A DNA stretch of 32,000 nt from a cyanobacterium endosymbiont of Braarudosphaera bigelowii (GTDB lineage Bacteria; Cyanobacteriota; Cyanobacteriia; Cyanobacteriales; Microcystaceae). Location: contig NZ_AP024987.1 in the NCBI RefSeq assembly GCF_020885515.1, positions 30,001 to 62,000 on the forward strand, given 5' to 3'. Positions 22,098 to 30,997 of the stretch are shown here, one piece after another (positions within the stretch are counted from its first letter, which is position 1; each line of letters begins with the position of its first letter). The notes below the pieces were generated by a model. The model saw nothing but the letters and a program-made list of their open reading frames with translations. It did not search any database and was not told where the DNA came from. The position numbers were made by a program, and so were the translations under genes.

Positions 22098-23033
22098 TTA
22101 ACCATGCCATATTTTTTCCAATATTACTGATGAATGAATATCAGCTAATTTATTGCTGGGAGATTCGATTGTAATACAACGATTATGATTTGTAGGAATT
22201 TTTTGATTAGGATTAGTATCTGCAAATAATGCTATTGTGTATGTTCCTACAGCTATACTTAATTGTAATGGGACACTATCAGTACAAACTAAAAGGTTAG
22301 CTCCAGCAATGATTGCAGAAAGTTTGCCTAAATTATTAGGATTGATTGTTTTAAGATGTTTACAATTGTTTAATATAGGCTTTGTCCATGCTTCATCTAT
22401 ACTGCTTTGTAATAAAATTACTGACAAGGAAGGTTCTTTTTCATAAATTGTATTAATAATGTCTATCCAACTAGATGTTGGATAGACATTATTAATACCT
22501 CCATGTATCACGATATAACCGTTTTCTGCTACTTCTAAACGTTGTAATTCTTTCTCAGCCCAGCTTATATCATCCGTTGGGACAGCTATTTTTATGGAAG
22601 GACAAGGAGATTGAATATTTAAATTTAAAAGTAAATCATGATATGTTTTTGCAGCATATTGTTCTTTATCTTGAATGATTGAATGTGACAGTAACCATGA
22701 CGTTTGTGTCTTGTAACCAATACGCCAAGGAATACTATTCGACCACAGTAATAATTCCAGAATCCAGTTTTTTTCAGCAGTTATAGCAATGTCATACCCT
22801 TTATCACGAATTACTCCAATTAAATTGAGATAGTCAGCAGATGTGTGACGGTCTTGGTAATCAAAAACAAGAATCTCATTTATATAGGGACATATTCGAT
22901 AAGCAGATTTTGCCGATGGTTCTACTAGAACGTCAATAAGTGCATTAGGATATTTAATTTTAAGACTTTCTAGAGTTGGGAAAAATAAAAGTTGCTCATT
23001 TATTCCGCCAGGAACTAAAGATAATATTCGCAT
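22098..23033 (-). CDS. Glycosyltransferase family 9 (ADP-heptose:LPS heptosyltransferase-like)
   Basis: MRILSLVPGGINEQLLFFPTLESLKIKYPNALIDVLVEP...VIHGG...LSAIIAGANLLVCTDSVPLQLSIAVGTYTIALF follows the GT9 pattern. Confidence 0.87.
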   Translation of the reverse strand: MRILSLVPGGINEQLLFFPTLESLKIKYPNALIDVLVEPSAKSAYRICPYINEILVFDYQDRHTSADYLNLIGVIRDKGYDIAITAEKNWILELLLWSNSIPWRIGYKTQTSWLLSHSIIQDKEQYAAKTYHDLLLNLNIQSPCPSIKIAVPTDDISWAEKELQRLEVAENGYIVIHGGINNVYPTSSWIDIINTIYEKEPSLSVILLQSSIDEAWTKPILNNCKHLKTINPNNLGKLSAIIAGANLLVCTDSVPLQLSIAVGTYTIALFADTNPNQKIPTNHNRCITIESPSNKLADIHSSVILEKIWHG

Positions 23034-23349
23034 AGTTTACGTCTAAATTATTGTGTTTATCCATCTAGATTACGACATAACAGTTCAACTTTAATAAAAA
23101 AGTTTTAAAAGTTTCCTTAATACCAAGAAATAAATTTCAATAAGATTGAGAGAAAATATTTTTATATTAATTTTTTGAAGCCTACGCATCACTTCCCTAA
23201 ACAAATAATGACAATTAAAATTAATATAATATTCATAGAATAAAGTTTATTTTTAGTAATTGTTTTTATATGAAATTTAAATATTTTTAAAATATAGAAA
23301 TTATTGAATAATTTTTTAGATGTTTAGTTTTGCTTTAAAGTTGAACAAT

Positions 23350-23916
23350 ATGAACAAAATTGCCTTATTTGGAACAAGTGCAGATCCTCCTACTACTGGA
23401 CATCAGTTAATTATTTCATGGTTATCATTTCATTACGATAAAGTAGGAATTTGGGCTTCTAATAATCCTTTCAAAAAGCATCAAACCTCTTTGTCTCATC
23501 GAACAACAATGCTTAGATTGCTAATTGAAAATATGCATCCATCTCGTTGTAATATTCATCTTTCAAAAAATTTAAGTCATCACAGAAGTCTTGTAAGTAT
23601 CGCTAGGGCTAAGAATATTTGGGAAAGGCAAGCAGATTATACTCTAGTAATTGGTTCAGATCTGGTGAAACAAATTCGTCAATGGTATCGTATCGAAAAA
23701 TTATTTTCCGAAGTCTCTATTTTAATAGTTCTTCGCTCTGGTTACGTAATTGATAAGTTAGATTTACAAACATTAGTTAGTTTAGGAGGAAGATGTCAAG
23801 TTGTTGACTTAAATGCTCCTGGTTTCTCTTCTACTACTTATCGAAAATATGGAGATCGAAATGTACTAACTAAATCTATTCAAGATTACATTGCCCAAGA
23901 GCAATTATATATATGA
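23350..23916 (+). CDS. nadD: Nicotinate-nucleotide adenylyltransferase NadD
   Basis: KIALFGTSADPPTTGHQLII and SSTTYRKYG, the nucleotidyltransferase T/HxGH and ISSTxxR motifs; directly upstream of nadE. ATG at 23350 preferred to the tracked 23320 start. Confidence 0.85.
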   Translation: MNKIALFGTSADPPTTGHQLIISWLSFHYDKVGIWASNNPFKKHQTSLSHRTTMLRLLIENMHPSRCNIHLSKNLSHHRSLVSIARAKNIWERQADYTLVIGSDLVKQIRQWYRIEKLFSEVSILIVLRSGYVIDKLDLQTLVSLGGRCQVVDLNAPGFSSTTYRKYGDRNVLTKSIQDYIAQEQLYI

Positions 23917-24094
23917 TATGTAGAAAATATAGATAAATGACTTTTATAAATTATAAAAAAACTATATTTTTAATTACAAATATTTAAAAGATAGAATGGT
24001 GAAGTTCGTTTAATAGTAAACAAGATAATATTAGAATTATATTTGATATAAAATATTTAGTTATTTATAAGACTAACGTTTAAATCAACCAACT

Positions 24095-25783
24095 ATGAAA
24101 ATTTTAATCGCTCAGCTAAACCCTGTTGTTGGTAACTTAAAATATAATGCTGATAATATTTATAAATCAGCTATTTTAGCAAAACAAAGAGAAGTTCAGT
24201 TATTATTAACTCCAGAACTTTCCCTATGTGGTTACCCTCCAAAAGACTTGGTATTAAGTTCTACTTTTATTGAAAATTCATGGTTAGAATTACAGAAATT
24301 AGCAAAAAGAATACCAAAAAAACTAGCAATTTTAGTTGGTATTGTTACTAAAAATTATTACTCAGATATTAAGGGAGAAAAGCCACTATTTAATAGTGTT
24401 GTTTTACTTCAAAACAATACTATTAAACAAATTTTTCATAAACGCCTTTTACCAAATTATGATGTATTTGATGAAAAACGTTATTTTGAGTCGGGGAAAA
24501 CAAGTAACTTTTTTGAACTACCATCTTCTTCACAAGAAAATCAATTTTCTAGAATTGGAGTAACAATATGTGAAGATTTATGGAATGATCAAATTTTTTG
24601 GGGACAGCGAAACTATAAGAATAATCCTATTGAAGATTTAGTTAAATATAAAGTCGACTTTATTGTTAATTTATCAGCTTCTCCATACATTATTCGTAAG
24701 CAAAAAGTTAGAGAATCTATGTTAAAACATAGTTCAAGACTATATCAGGTACCTATTGTTTATGTTAATCAAGTTGGGGGTAACGATGATTTAATTTTTG
24801 ATGGATATAGTTGTGCCACTAATAAAAAAGGAGAAATTATTCTATGTACTAAAGGATTTCAGGTACGTACAGAAATTATTGAATACAGCCACATAACCAG
24901 AGACCTTAAAGTAAGCTTCAATAAGAATTCCAACATAACAAAAGAAGAAGAAATTTGGTCAGCACTAGTATTAGGATTGAGAGATTATGCAATAAAGTGT
25001 GGATTTTCTAAAGTAGTTTTAGGTTTAAGTGGAGGTATCGATTCATCGCTAGTTGCTTCAATAGCAGCTGAATCTTTAGGTCCAAAAAATGTTCTAGGGA
25101 TACTAATGCCTTCTCCCCATAGTTCACAGCACTCAATTACTGATGCAAGACATTTGGCTAATAATTTAGGCATTAATAGTTATATGATTCCTATTAATAA
25201 TATTATGTTGGCATATGATTTCTCATTAAACTCACTATTTAAAACAGTAGAAATTGGAATTGCTGAAGAAAATTTACAGTCGAGAATTAGAGGAAATATA
25301 TTAATGGCAATTGCCAACAAATTTGGACATTTACTACTTTCAACAGGTAATAAATCTGAAATATCTATAGGATACTGTACTCTATATGGAGACATGAATG
25401 GTGGTATAGGCGTTATTGCAGATGTTGCGAAAACCCAGGTTTTTTCTCTTTGTAATTGGCTTAATAGATTCCAAGAAATTATTCCCAACAATATCCTTAT
25501 TAAACCTCCAAGTGCTGAGTTAAAACCTAACCAGATAGATCAAGATTCCCTACCTCCTTATAATATTTTGGATGATTTACTAAATAGATTTATAAATCAT
25601 CATCAATCTATTGAAGAAATACAGAAGGTGGGTTTTGACTATGATTTACTATATAAAATAGCAAAGCTAATCATTCGCGCTGAATTTAAGAGGAAACAGG
25701 CTCCCCCAGGATTAAAAATTACAAACCAGGCTTTTGGTACTGGATGGAGAATGCCTATTGCAAGCCATTTTGAACTGAACTAG
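24095..25783 (+). CDS. nadE: Glutamine-dependent NAD+ synthetase
   Basis: N-terminal nitrilase domain (LLTPELSLCGYPPKDL, GVTICEDLW, VNLSASPY) and NAD synthase domain (LGLSGGIDSSLVASIAAE, STGNKSEISIGYCTLYGDMNGG). Confidence 0.97.
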   Translation: MKILIAQLNPVVGNLKYNADNIYKSAILAKQREVQLLLTPELSLCGYPPKDLVLSSTFIENSWLELQKLAKRIPKKLAILVGIVTKNYYSDIKGEKPLFNSVVLLQNNTIKQIFHKRLLPNYDVFDEKRYFESGKTSNFFELPSSSQENQFSRIGVTICEDLWNDQIFWGQRNYKNNPIEDLVKYKVDFIVNLSASPYIIRKQKVRESMLKHSSRLYQVPIVYVNQVGGNDDLIFDGYSCATNKKGEIILCTKGFQVRTEIIEYSHITRDLKVSFNKNSNITKEEEIWSALVLGLRDYAIKCGFSKVVLGLSGGIDSSLVASIAAESLGPKNVLGILMPSPHSSQHSITDARHLANNLGINSYMIPINNIMLAYDFSLNSLFKTVEIGIAEENLQSRIRGNILMAIANKFGHLLLSTGNKSEISIGYCTLYGDMNGGIGVIADVAKTQVFSLCNWLNRFQEIIPNNILIKPPSAELKPNQIDQDSLPPYNILDDLLNRFINHHQSIEEIQKVGFDYDLLYKIAKLIIRAEFKRKQAPPGLKITNQAFGTGWRMPIASHFELN

Positions 25784-25919
25784 CATTACAACAACATTCA
25801 TTTTATCATTCAAACTTAATAGAATTTTAAAACAACACTGAATTATTACAGAGTACATAGTTCATATGTATGCAATATTTAAAACATCATATAAAGTTGA
25901 TTTTTTTGACCTTATTAAA

Positions 25920-26825
25920 TTAGTGAGTAATAAAATCAAGATATCCTTGGTCGCCGTTTATAATGACATTAATTCCTACTGGCAAAATGGCATTGACTTT
26001 ACCATGTCCAAAAGGCAAATTTGAGATAATTGGAATATTAAGATCTGATAAACGATCTCGTAACACTTCTTCTACAGTCCAAGAAGGGTTTTTAGAAAAA
26101 GTATTACATTGATTAAAGCTTCCTAATACAATTCCATGAACTTTATGAAATATTCCCATTAGTCTCCATTGTGTTAATATTCTATCAATTTTGTAAGGAT
26201 CCTCTCCAATATCTTCTAATGCTAAAATAGTTCCCTTAAGGGAAGGCTGTAGTGGAGTTCCTAATAAATGAGTAGCTACAGTCAAATTAGCTGGTAATAA
26301 TATTCCTTGGTTGATACCACCACCCCAACCTTCACCTTTTAAACTCGGTAATTTAAAACCTTGAATATAACTAAAGAATCGTTCGATAGACCAATTAGGT
26401 TCATCACATAATGTAGTTAACACAGGACCATGAATACTTCGAATCTTTATACTAGCTAATTTCCATAGTAAGACTGTAATGTCTGAAAAACCAATAATCC
26501 ATTTAGGATATTTTGTAAGTAGAATACTTAATTGTTTTTGCTCAAACAATCTAATAGAACCATAACCTCCTCGAAGTGGAATAATTGCCTTACATTTTGG
26601 ATTTTGTAAAGCTTCTAACAAATCACTAATACGCTGATTATCTGTACCCGCTAAGTACCCGTGACATGCGTTCCAGTTTTTACTGAGGACCATATTGTAT
26701 CCTTTCGAATGCCAAATTTCTATACCCTTTTCTAAATTAGATAATTCTATAAAAGGCCCACTTGGAGCAATAATTTGTACAGTATCTCCAGGCTTAAGAA
26801 AAGATGGGGTTTGAAAAAGATCCAT
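25920..26825 (-). CDS. LD-carboxypeptidase, peptidase family S66 (LdcA/MccF-like)
   Basis: PGDTVQIIAPSGP, PLRGGYGSIRLF, IIGFSDITVLLW, ATHLLGTPLQPSLKGTILALEDIGEDPYKIDRILTQW, NLPFGHG. Confidence 0.92.
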   Translation of the reverse strand: MDLFQTPSFLKPGDTVQIIAPSGPFIELSNLEKGIEIWHSKGYNMVLSKNWNACHGYLAGTDNQRISDLLEALQNPKCKAIIPLRGGYGSIRLFEQKQLSILLTKYPKWIIGFSDITVLLWKLASIKIRSIHGPVLTTLCDEPNWSIERFFSYIQGFKLPSLKGEGWGGGINQGILLPANLTVATHLLGTPLQPSLKGTILALEDIGEDPYKIDRILTQWRLMGIFHKVHGIVLGSFNQCNTFSKNPSWTVEEVLRDRLSDLNIPIISNLPFGHGKVNAILPVGINVIINGDQGYLDFITH

Positions 26826-26999
26826 AAATATTGTTAATTCTACATTTTTTTAATAAGGTTAGCGTCGAAAAGTTACTATTTCATATCTAAAGAATATATT
26901 CATAGATAAACTATATATAGTTAAAATATATCAATGTTTTACTAGAGAAAAATTAAGAAATATTTTTTATTACTAGAAAATCAATAGCTATGGCATAGT

Positions 27000-27986
27000 T
27001 TATATATATCCATTATTTACAAACCAATCTATAGCATCCTGAAGTGAATCCCTAATAGGTCTATAAGATATGTTTAATTCATTAATAGCTTTAGAAGAAT
27101 CATAATACATAGGCTTTTTAGACATTCTAACTCCATCTAAAGGAATTCCTGGTTTTTTCCCAAGAGGAGACAAGACATATTCTTCCATCCAGGCAAATGT
27201 TAGAGGTAACCATATAGGTAATGTTCTTTCAGGGGCTTCTAATCCAGTAAGTAAGGATAATTCATCCAATAAAGCTTTTAAACTAAGATTTTTATTTCCC
27301 AAAATATACCTTTGCCCTGTTTTTCCTTTTTCTAAAGCTAAAATATGTCCATGAGCTACATCTCGAACATCAATTAAGTTTAAACCTGTATTCACATATG
27401 CAGGCATTTTACGACGTAAAAATCTTAAAATAATTTCTCCAGTTGGAGTGGGCTTAATATCGAATGGGCCAATTGGAGTACTAGGGTTTAGCAGAACAAT
27501 ATCTTGACCATCTTTTATAGCTCTATATACTTCTTGTTCTGCCCAATATTTAGATTTTTTGTAATGTCCAATTATTTTATCTACAGGAGCTTGATAATTT
27601 TCATTTACAATTTCTCCTGTTTCTTTTACTCCGATAGCAGCAACAGAACTAGTATAAATAATACGTTCAACGTTAGCTTGTTTTGCTGCTTTCAAAATTG
27701 AACGAGTTCCAAGTACGTTACTGTTGTAAAGTTGATTCTTATCTATTTGATAAAGAGAATAATAGGCAGCGACATGGAATAAAATTTTATATCCTCTCAT
27801 TTTTTCTGCTAAGTTGGTATCATTAAGGTCACCAAAAACAATATCAACATCCAAATTTTTTAAATTATTTAAATTGCTATAATTACGAGCTAAAACACGG
27901 ACTTGATAATTTTTTTGTATCAAAAGCCTAACAAGATTTGCGCCTACAAAGCCGGTACCACCCGTAACAAATACTTTAATAGCCAT
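27000..27986 (-). CDS. hpnA: NAD-dependent epimerase/dehydratase, hopanoid-associated sugar epimerase (HpnA)-like
   Basis: Rossmann VFVTGGTGFVGANLVRLLI, YTSSVAAIGV, YKKSKYWAE (YxxxK), NPSTPIGPFDIKPTPTGEIILRFL, characteristic of HpnA annotation. Confidence 0.82.
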   Translation of the reverse strand: MAIKVFVTGGTGFVGANLVRLLIQKNYQVRVLARNYSNLNNLKNLDVDIVFGDLNDTNLAEKMRGYKILFHVAAYYSLYQIDKNQLYNSNVLGTRSILKAAKQANVERIIYTSSVAAIGVKETGEIVNENYQAPVDKIIGHYKKSKYWAEQEVYRAIKDGQDIVLLNPSTPIGPFDIKPTPTGEIILRFLRRKMPAYVNTGLNLIDVRDVAHGHILALEKGKTGQRYILGNKNLSLKALLDELSLLTGLEAPERTLPIWLPLTFAWMEEYVLSPLGKKPGIPLDGVRMSKKPMYYDSSKAINELNISYRPIRDSLQDAIDWFVNNGYI

Positions 27987-28198
27987 AATTTTATAAAAAA
28001 TAAACGATTTACTTTACAAAGTATAGTATCTATTTATTAATATCTTTTAAAACTACAATCATCTTCTGATTTTAGTTTTAAACTATATAACTATCTGTTG
28101 TTTTTTTGTACTAATTAATTAGTATTTTAAATAAAAAACAATAATCTTTTTGCAACCTTATAAAACATCACACCAGCTAAAATATGGATAAATTAATG

Positions 28199-28894
28199 CT
28201 AGTGTTTTTCAGAATTTAACCATTGCTCTAGAAGATCAGGACGACGTTTTTGAGTACGTTGTATCTGTTGTTCTCTTCTCCATTTCGTAATAAGCTTATG
28301 ATTTCCAGACCTCAATATGTCAGGGACATGCATATTTTTAAAAACAGGAGGATGAGTATATTGAGGATAATCTAATAAGCTACTATTGAAACTTTCAGTT
28401 TTTAACGATTCTGATTTTCCTACAGTTCCAGGTAATAGACGAACTACCCCATTAATTAACGTTAATGCTGGAATTTCTCCACCAGTAAGTACAAAATCAC
28501 CCAGTGAGATCTCTTGATTGGCCAAAAAACGAATTCTTTCATCAAAGCCTTCATAATGTCCACAAATCAAAATAAGTTGTTCATAATTGGTTACTAAAGT
28601 TTGTAAAATATCTTGAGTCAATGGAGAACCCTGAGGAGATAAAAGAATTGTAGATCTTCTAGGCAAAACTTGTAAAGAATTAACTGCTGCAAATATTGGT
28701 TCAGGTTTTAACAGCATTCCTACACCACCTCCATAGGGTTTATCATCAACTTTACGATAGTTATCAGTAGTAAATTGACGAGGATCAACTAAATTAACTG
28801 TTGCAATGTTTCTACTCAGTGCTTTTCCAATAAGCCCAGATTGCAATCCAGATATAAAGAAGTTAGGGAATAAGGTAACAACATCAAACTTCAT
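28199..28894 (-). CDS. trmD: tRNA (guanine37-N1)-methyltransferase TrmD
   Basis: MKFDVVTLFPNFF, VDDKPYGGGVGMLLKPEPIF, LICGHYEGFDERI, EISLGDFVLTGGEIPAL, RRPDLL. Confidence 0.97.
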   Translation of the reverse strand: MKFDVVTLFPNFFISGLQSGLIGKALSRNIATVNLVDPRQFTTDNYRKVDDKPYGGGVGMLLKPEPIFAAVNSLQVLPRRSTILLSPQGSPLTQDILQTLVTNYEQLILICGHYEGFDERIRFLANQEISLGDFVLTGGEIPALTLINGVVRLLPGTVGKSESLKTESFNSSLLDYPQYTHPPVFKNMHVPDILRSGNHKLITKWRREQQIQRTQKRRPDLLEQWLNSEKH

Positions 28895-29431
28895 AAATAG
28901 CCTAAAAACTAAAAGTAGTATTTAATTTACTGAACTTAGTTTAGTATAGTTTGTATGTAGTTGAAATATAAAAAATATAGATTGGTTTTAGAATATATAT
29001 TATTTGTATGGAAATTATTTTAATCTATCTATTCTTCAATTTTAGTGGAATACTTCTATAAAAGATAGTGATATTTTTATTGGATTCAGTTATTTTTTCC
29101 TGAATAAAAAAGTTAATACATATTTATTAGAAAACTTATACAAAACTATAATAATTCTCTTCTCGTAAAACTATCACAACTATACTGGTTATATGTACAT
29201 CAATCCTTTTGAAGTATCGCTTGGTATTTTTTATATGAAAATAGTATAGAAAAACAGTGTATATTTTCATAGAGGCTACAAGATGCCTTATCAAAGTTGT
29301 ATCACAATAAACAAATCATAAAATATATTTGTAATTTTCTTTAAGATAATGATTTTAGATATACAAAAATATTTTTTTGCTTTTACATGTATGGAATGTA
29401 TAATTTACCCTATTAACTATTTAACTTTAAA

Positions 29432-29480
29432 TATAGCTTACAAAGAAAAAATAATTCTTATTTTTTCTTTGTAAGCTATA
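29432..29480. repeat. 23-bp perfect inverted repeat in the divergent trmD/clpS gap
   Basis: TATAGCTTACAAAGAAAAAATAA (29432-29454), loop TTC, TTATTTTTTCTTTGTAAGCTATA (29458-29480). Confidence 0.85.
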
Positions 29481-29626
29481 ATAGCGGAGTGATTTTTTAT
29501 ATTCTGCTATTTCAAAAATATAAAAACCTAGGGTTTGATAGATGACTTTTAGAATCTAAATTCATTTACCAAATTAAGAATAATTTATATCAAATACTAC
29601 ATGATAGGATCGTAGAGGGGCAATCT

Positions 29627-29920
29627 ATGGTAACAAATGTAATAGAGAAAATATCTTTAAATACTTCCACTATTCAAAAACCGGTTCCTAGATATAAGGT
29701 TTTACTTCATAATGATGATTTTAATCCTATGGACTATGTGGTCCAAATCTTAATGCAAACGATATCTGGAATAACTCGACCCCAAGCTGCTGAAATAATG
29801 ATGGAAGCTCATATGAATGGGACTGCCCTAGTTATTACTTGTGCTTTTGAACCAGCCGAATTCTATTGTGAGACCTTAAAAAATCATGGTTTAATTAGCA
29901 CAATAGAACCAGATCTATAA
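29627..29920 (+). CDS. clpS: ATP-dependent Clp protease adaptor ClpS
   Basis: 97 aa; PVPRYKVLLHNDDFNPMDYVVQILMQTISGITRPQAAEIMMEAHMNGTALVITCAFEPAEFYCETLKNHGL. Confidence 0.95.
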   Translation: MVTNVIEKISLNTSTIQKPVPRYKVLLHNDDFNPMDYVVQILMQTISGITRPQAAEIMMEAHMNGTALVITCAFEPAEFYCETLKNHGLISTIEPDL

Positions 29921-29995
29921 AAGATAAGAGAATTTGCTTAAATATCTTCTAGGATATATCTAGTTCCTTTAACACCTGAATCTAACTATAAACAA

Positions 29996-30820
29996 TTGAA
30001 ATTTAACTACTCTATAGTTTCTAATTACCCAGCACCCTTAAGATTGGGAGTTTTTATTGTCTTACTGTTGTTTCTTTGGTTACCTACTGCAATTCCATCA
30101 TTTTTTTTATTTAAATATGATTTAAATTTAAGAACAATAATTACAATGGGTCTATTGTATATAAACTTTATTATTCTCCTTTTTTTTTGGAATAGTAAGG
30201 TTCATAAAGTAAATAATTGGTGGAAACTATATGGATTAATCTTTACAAAAAAAAATGTAGTAGAGCTATTTAACGGGTTAACTGTTGGTATCTTTTTTAC
30301 TTTTGGATTATTTATTGTAGAAATGATTTTAGGATGGGTCGTCTTTATTAGACCATCACAGAATTTATTTTTACTGGTATTAGAAGGTTTACTAAGTGCT
30401 TTTGGAATTGCCTTTGCAGAAGAATTGTTTTTCAGAGGATGGTTATTAGAAGAATTAAGGATCAATTATTCTTACCGAGCTATCCTGATATCTAATAGTC
30501 TTATTTTTGCAACTTTACACTTTTTAAAGCCTTTGCAGGAAATTATTAGAACTTTTCCTCAGTTTCCTGCCTTATTTTTGTTAGGTATTATTTTAGTAGA
30601 AGCTAAAACAATACATAACAACAGATTAGGAATTTGCATTGGAATCCATGGAGGTTTGGTTTGGGGATATTACATATTGAATGTGGGAAAAATCATAAAA
30701 TATACTGATAAAGCTTCTTCAATCTTCACGGGAATCGATAATAATCCGATTGCAGGAATTATGGGAATAATAGGATTGTTAGCGTTATTTTTTTTGATGA
30801 AATATAAGAAACAATATTAG
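29996..30820 (+). CDS. CPBP family intramembrane metalloprotease (TTG start in track)
   Basis: Multi-TM protein with motif AEELFFRGWLLEELR and downstream ATLHFL and HGGLVWGYY His motifs. Confidence 0.85.
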   Translation: MKFNYSIVSNYPAPLRLGVFIVLLLFLWLPTAIPSFFLFKYDLNLRTIITMGLLYINFIILLFFWNSKVHKVNNWWKLYGLIFTKKNVVELFNGLTVGIFFTFGLFIVEMILGWVVFIRPSQNLFLLVLEGLLSAFGIAFAEELFFRGWLLEELRINYSYRAILISNSLIFATLHFLKPLQEIIRTFPQFPALFLLGIILVEAKTIHNNRLGICIGIHGGLVWGYYILNVGKIIKYTDKASSIFTGIDNNPIAGIMGIIGLLALFFLMKYKKQY

Positions 30821-30997
30821 AATTTTGTAGATTATGTACTAGGTATTCTCAGTCGATTTATTTTTTTAATATGTTTAAAGATAAATTAAAAAAATACAGA
30901 TTTTAGAACTTTTCATTTTTTAATTTTTATTAATGTAATAAGATTAGAATAAACATTATCAACTTAATTTTGCAAGCTTATAATCAGTTAATAGAAT

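Noticed and set aside
22237-22446. 69-aa plus ORF inside the GT9 gene
   Set aside because: Antisense shadow ORF.
24336-25491. Small ORFs 24336..24563 (+), 24985..25173 (-) and 25180..25491 (-) inside nadE
   Set aside because: All lie within a conserved nadE frame and have no independent support.
26904-26921. AACTATATATAGTT palindrome upstream of the LD-carboxypeptidase gene
   Set aside because: Short alternating AT palindrome without a loop; expected by chance in an AT-rich spacer.
27504-27701. 65-aa plus ORF inside the hpnA-like gene
   Set aside because: Phe/Tyr-rich antisense shadow.
30202-30465. 87-aa minus ORF inside the CPBP protease gene
   Set aside because: Lys/Asn/Pro-rich shadow frame of a membrane protein gene.
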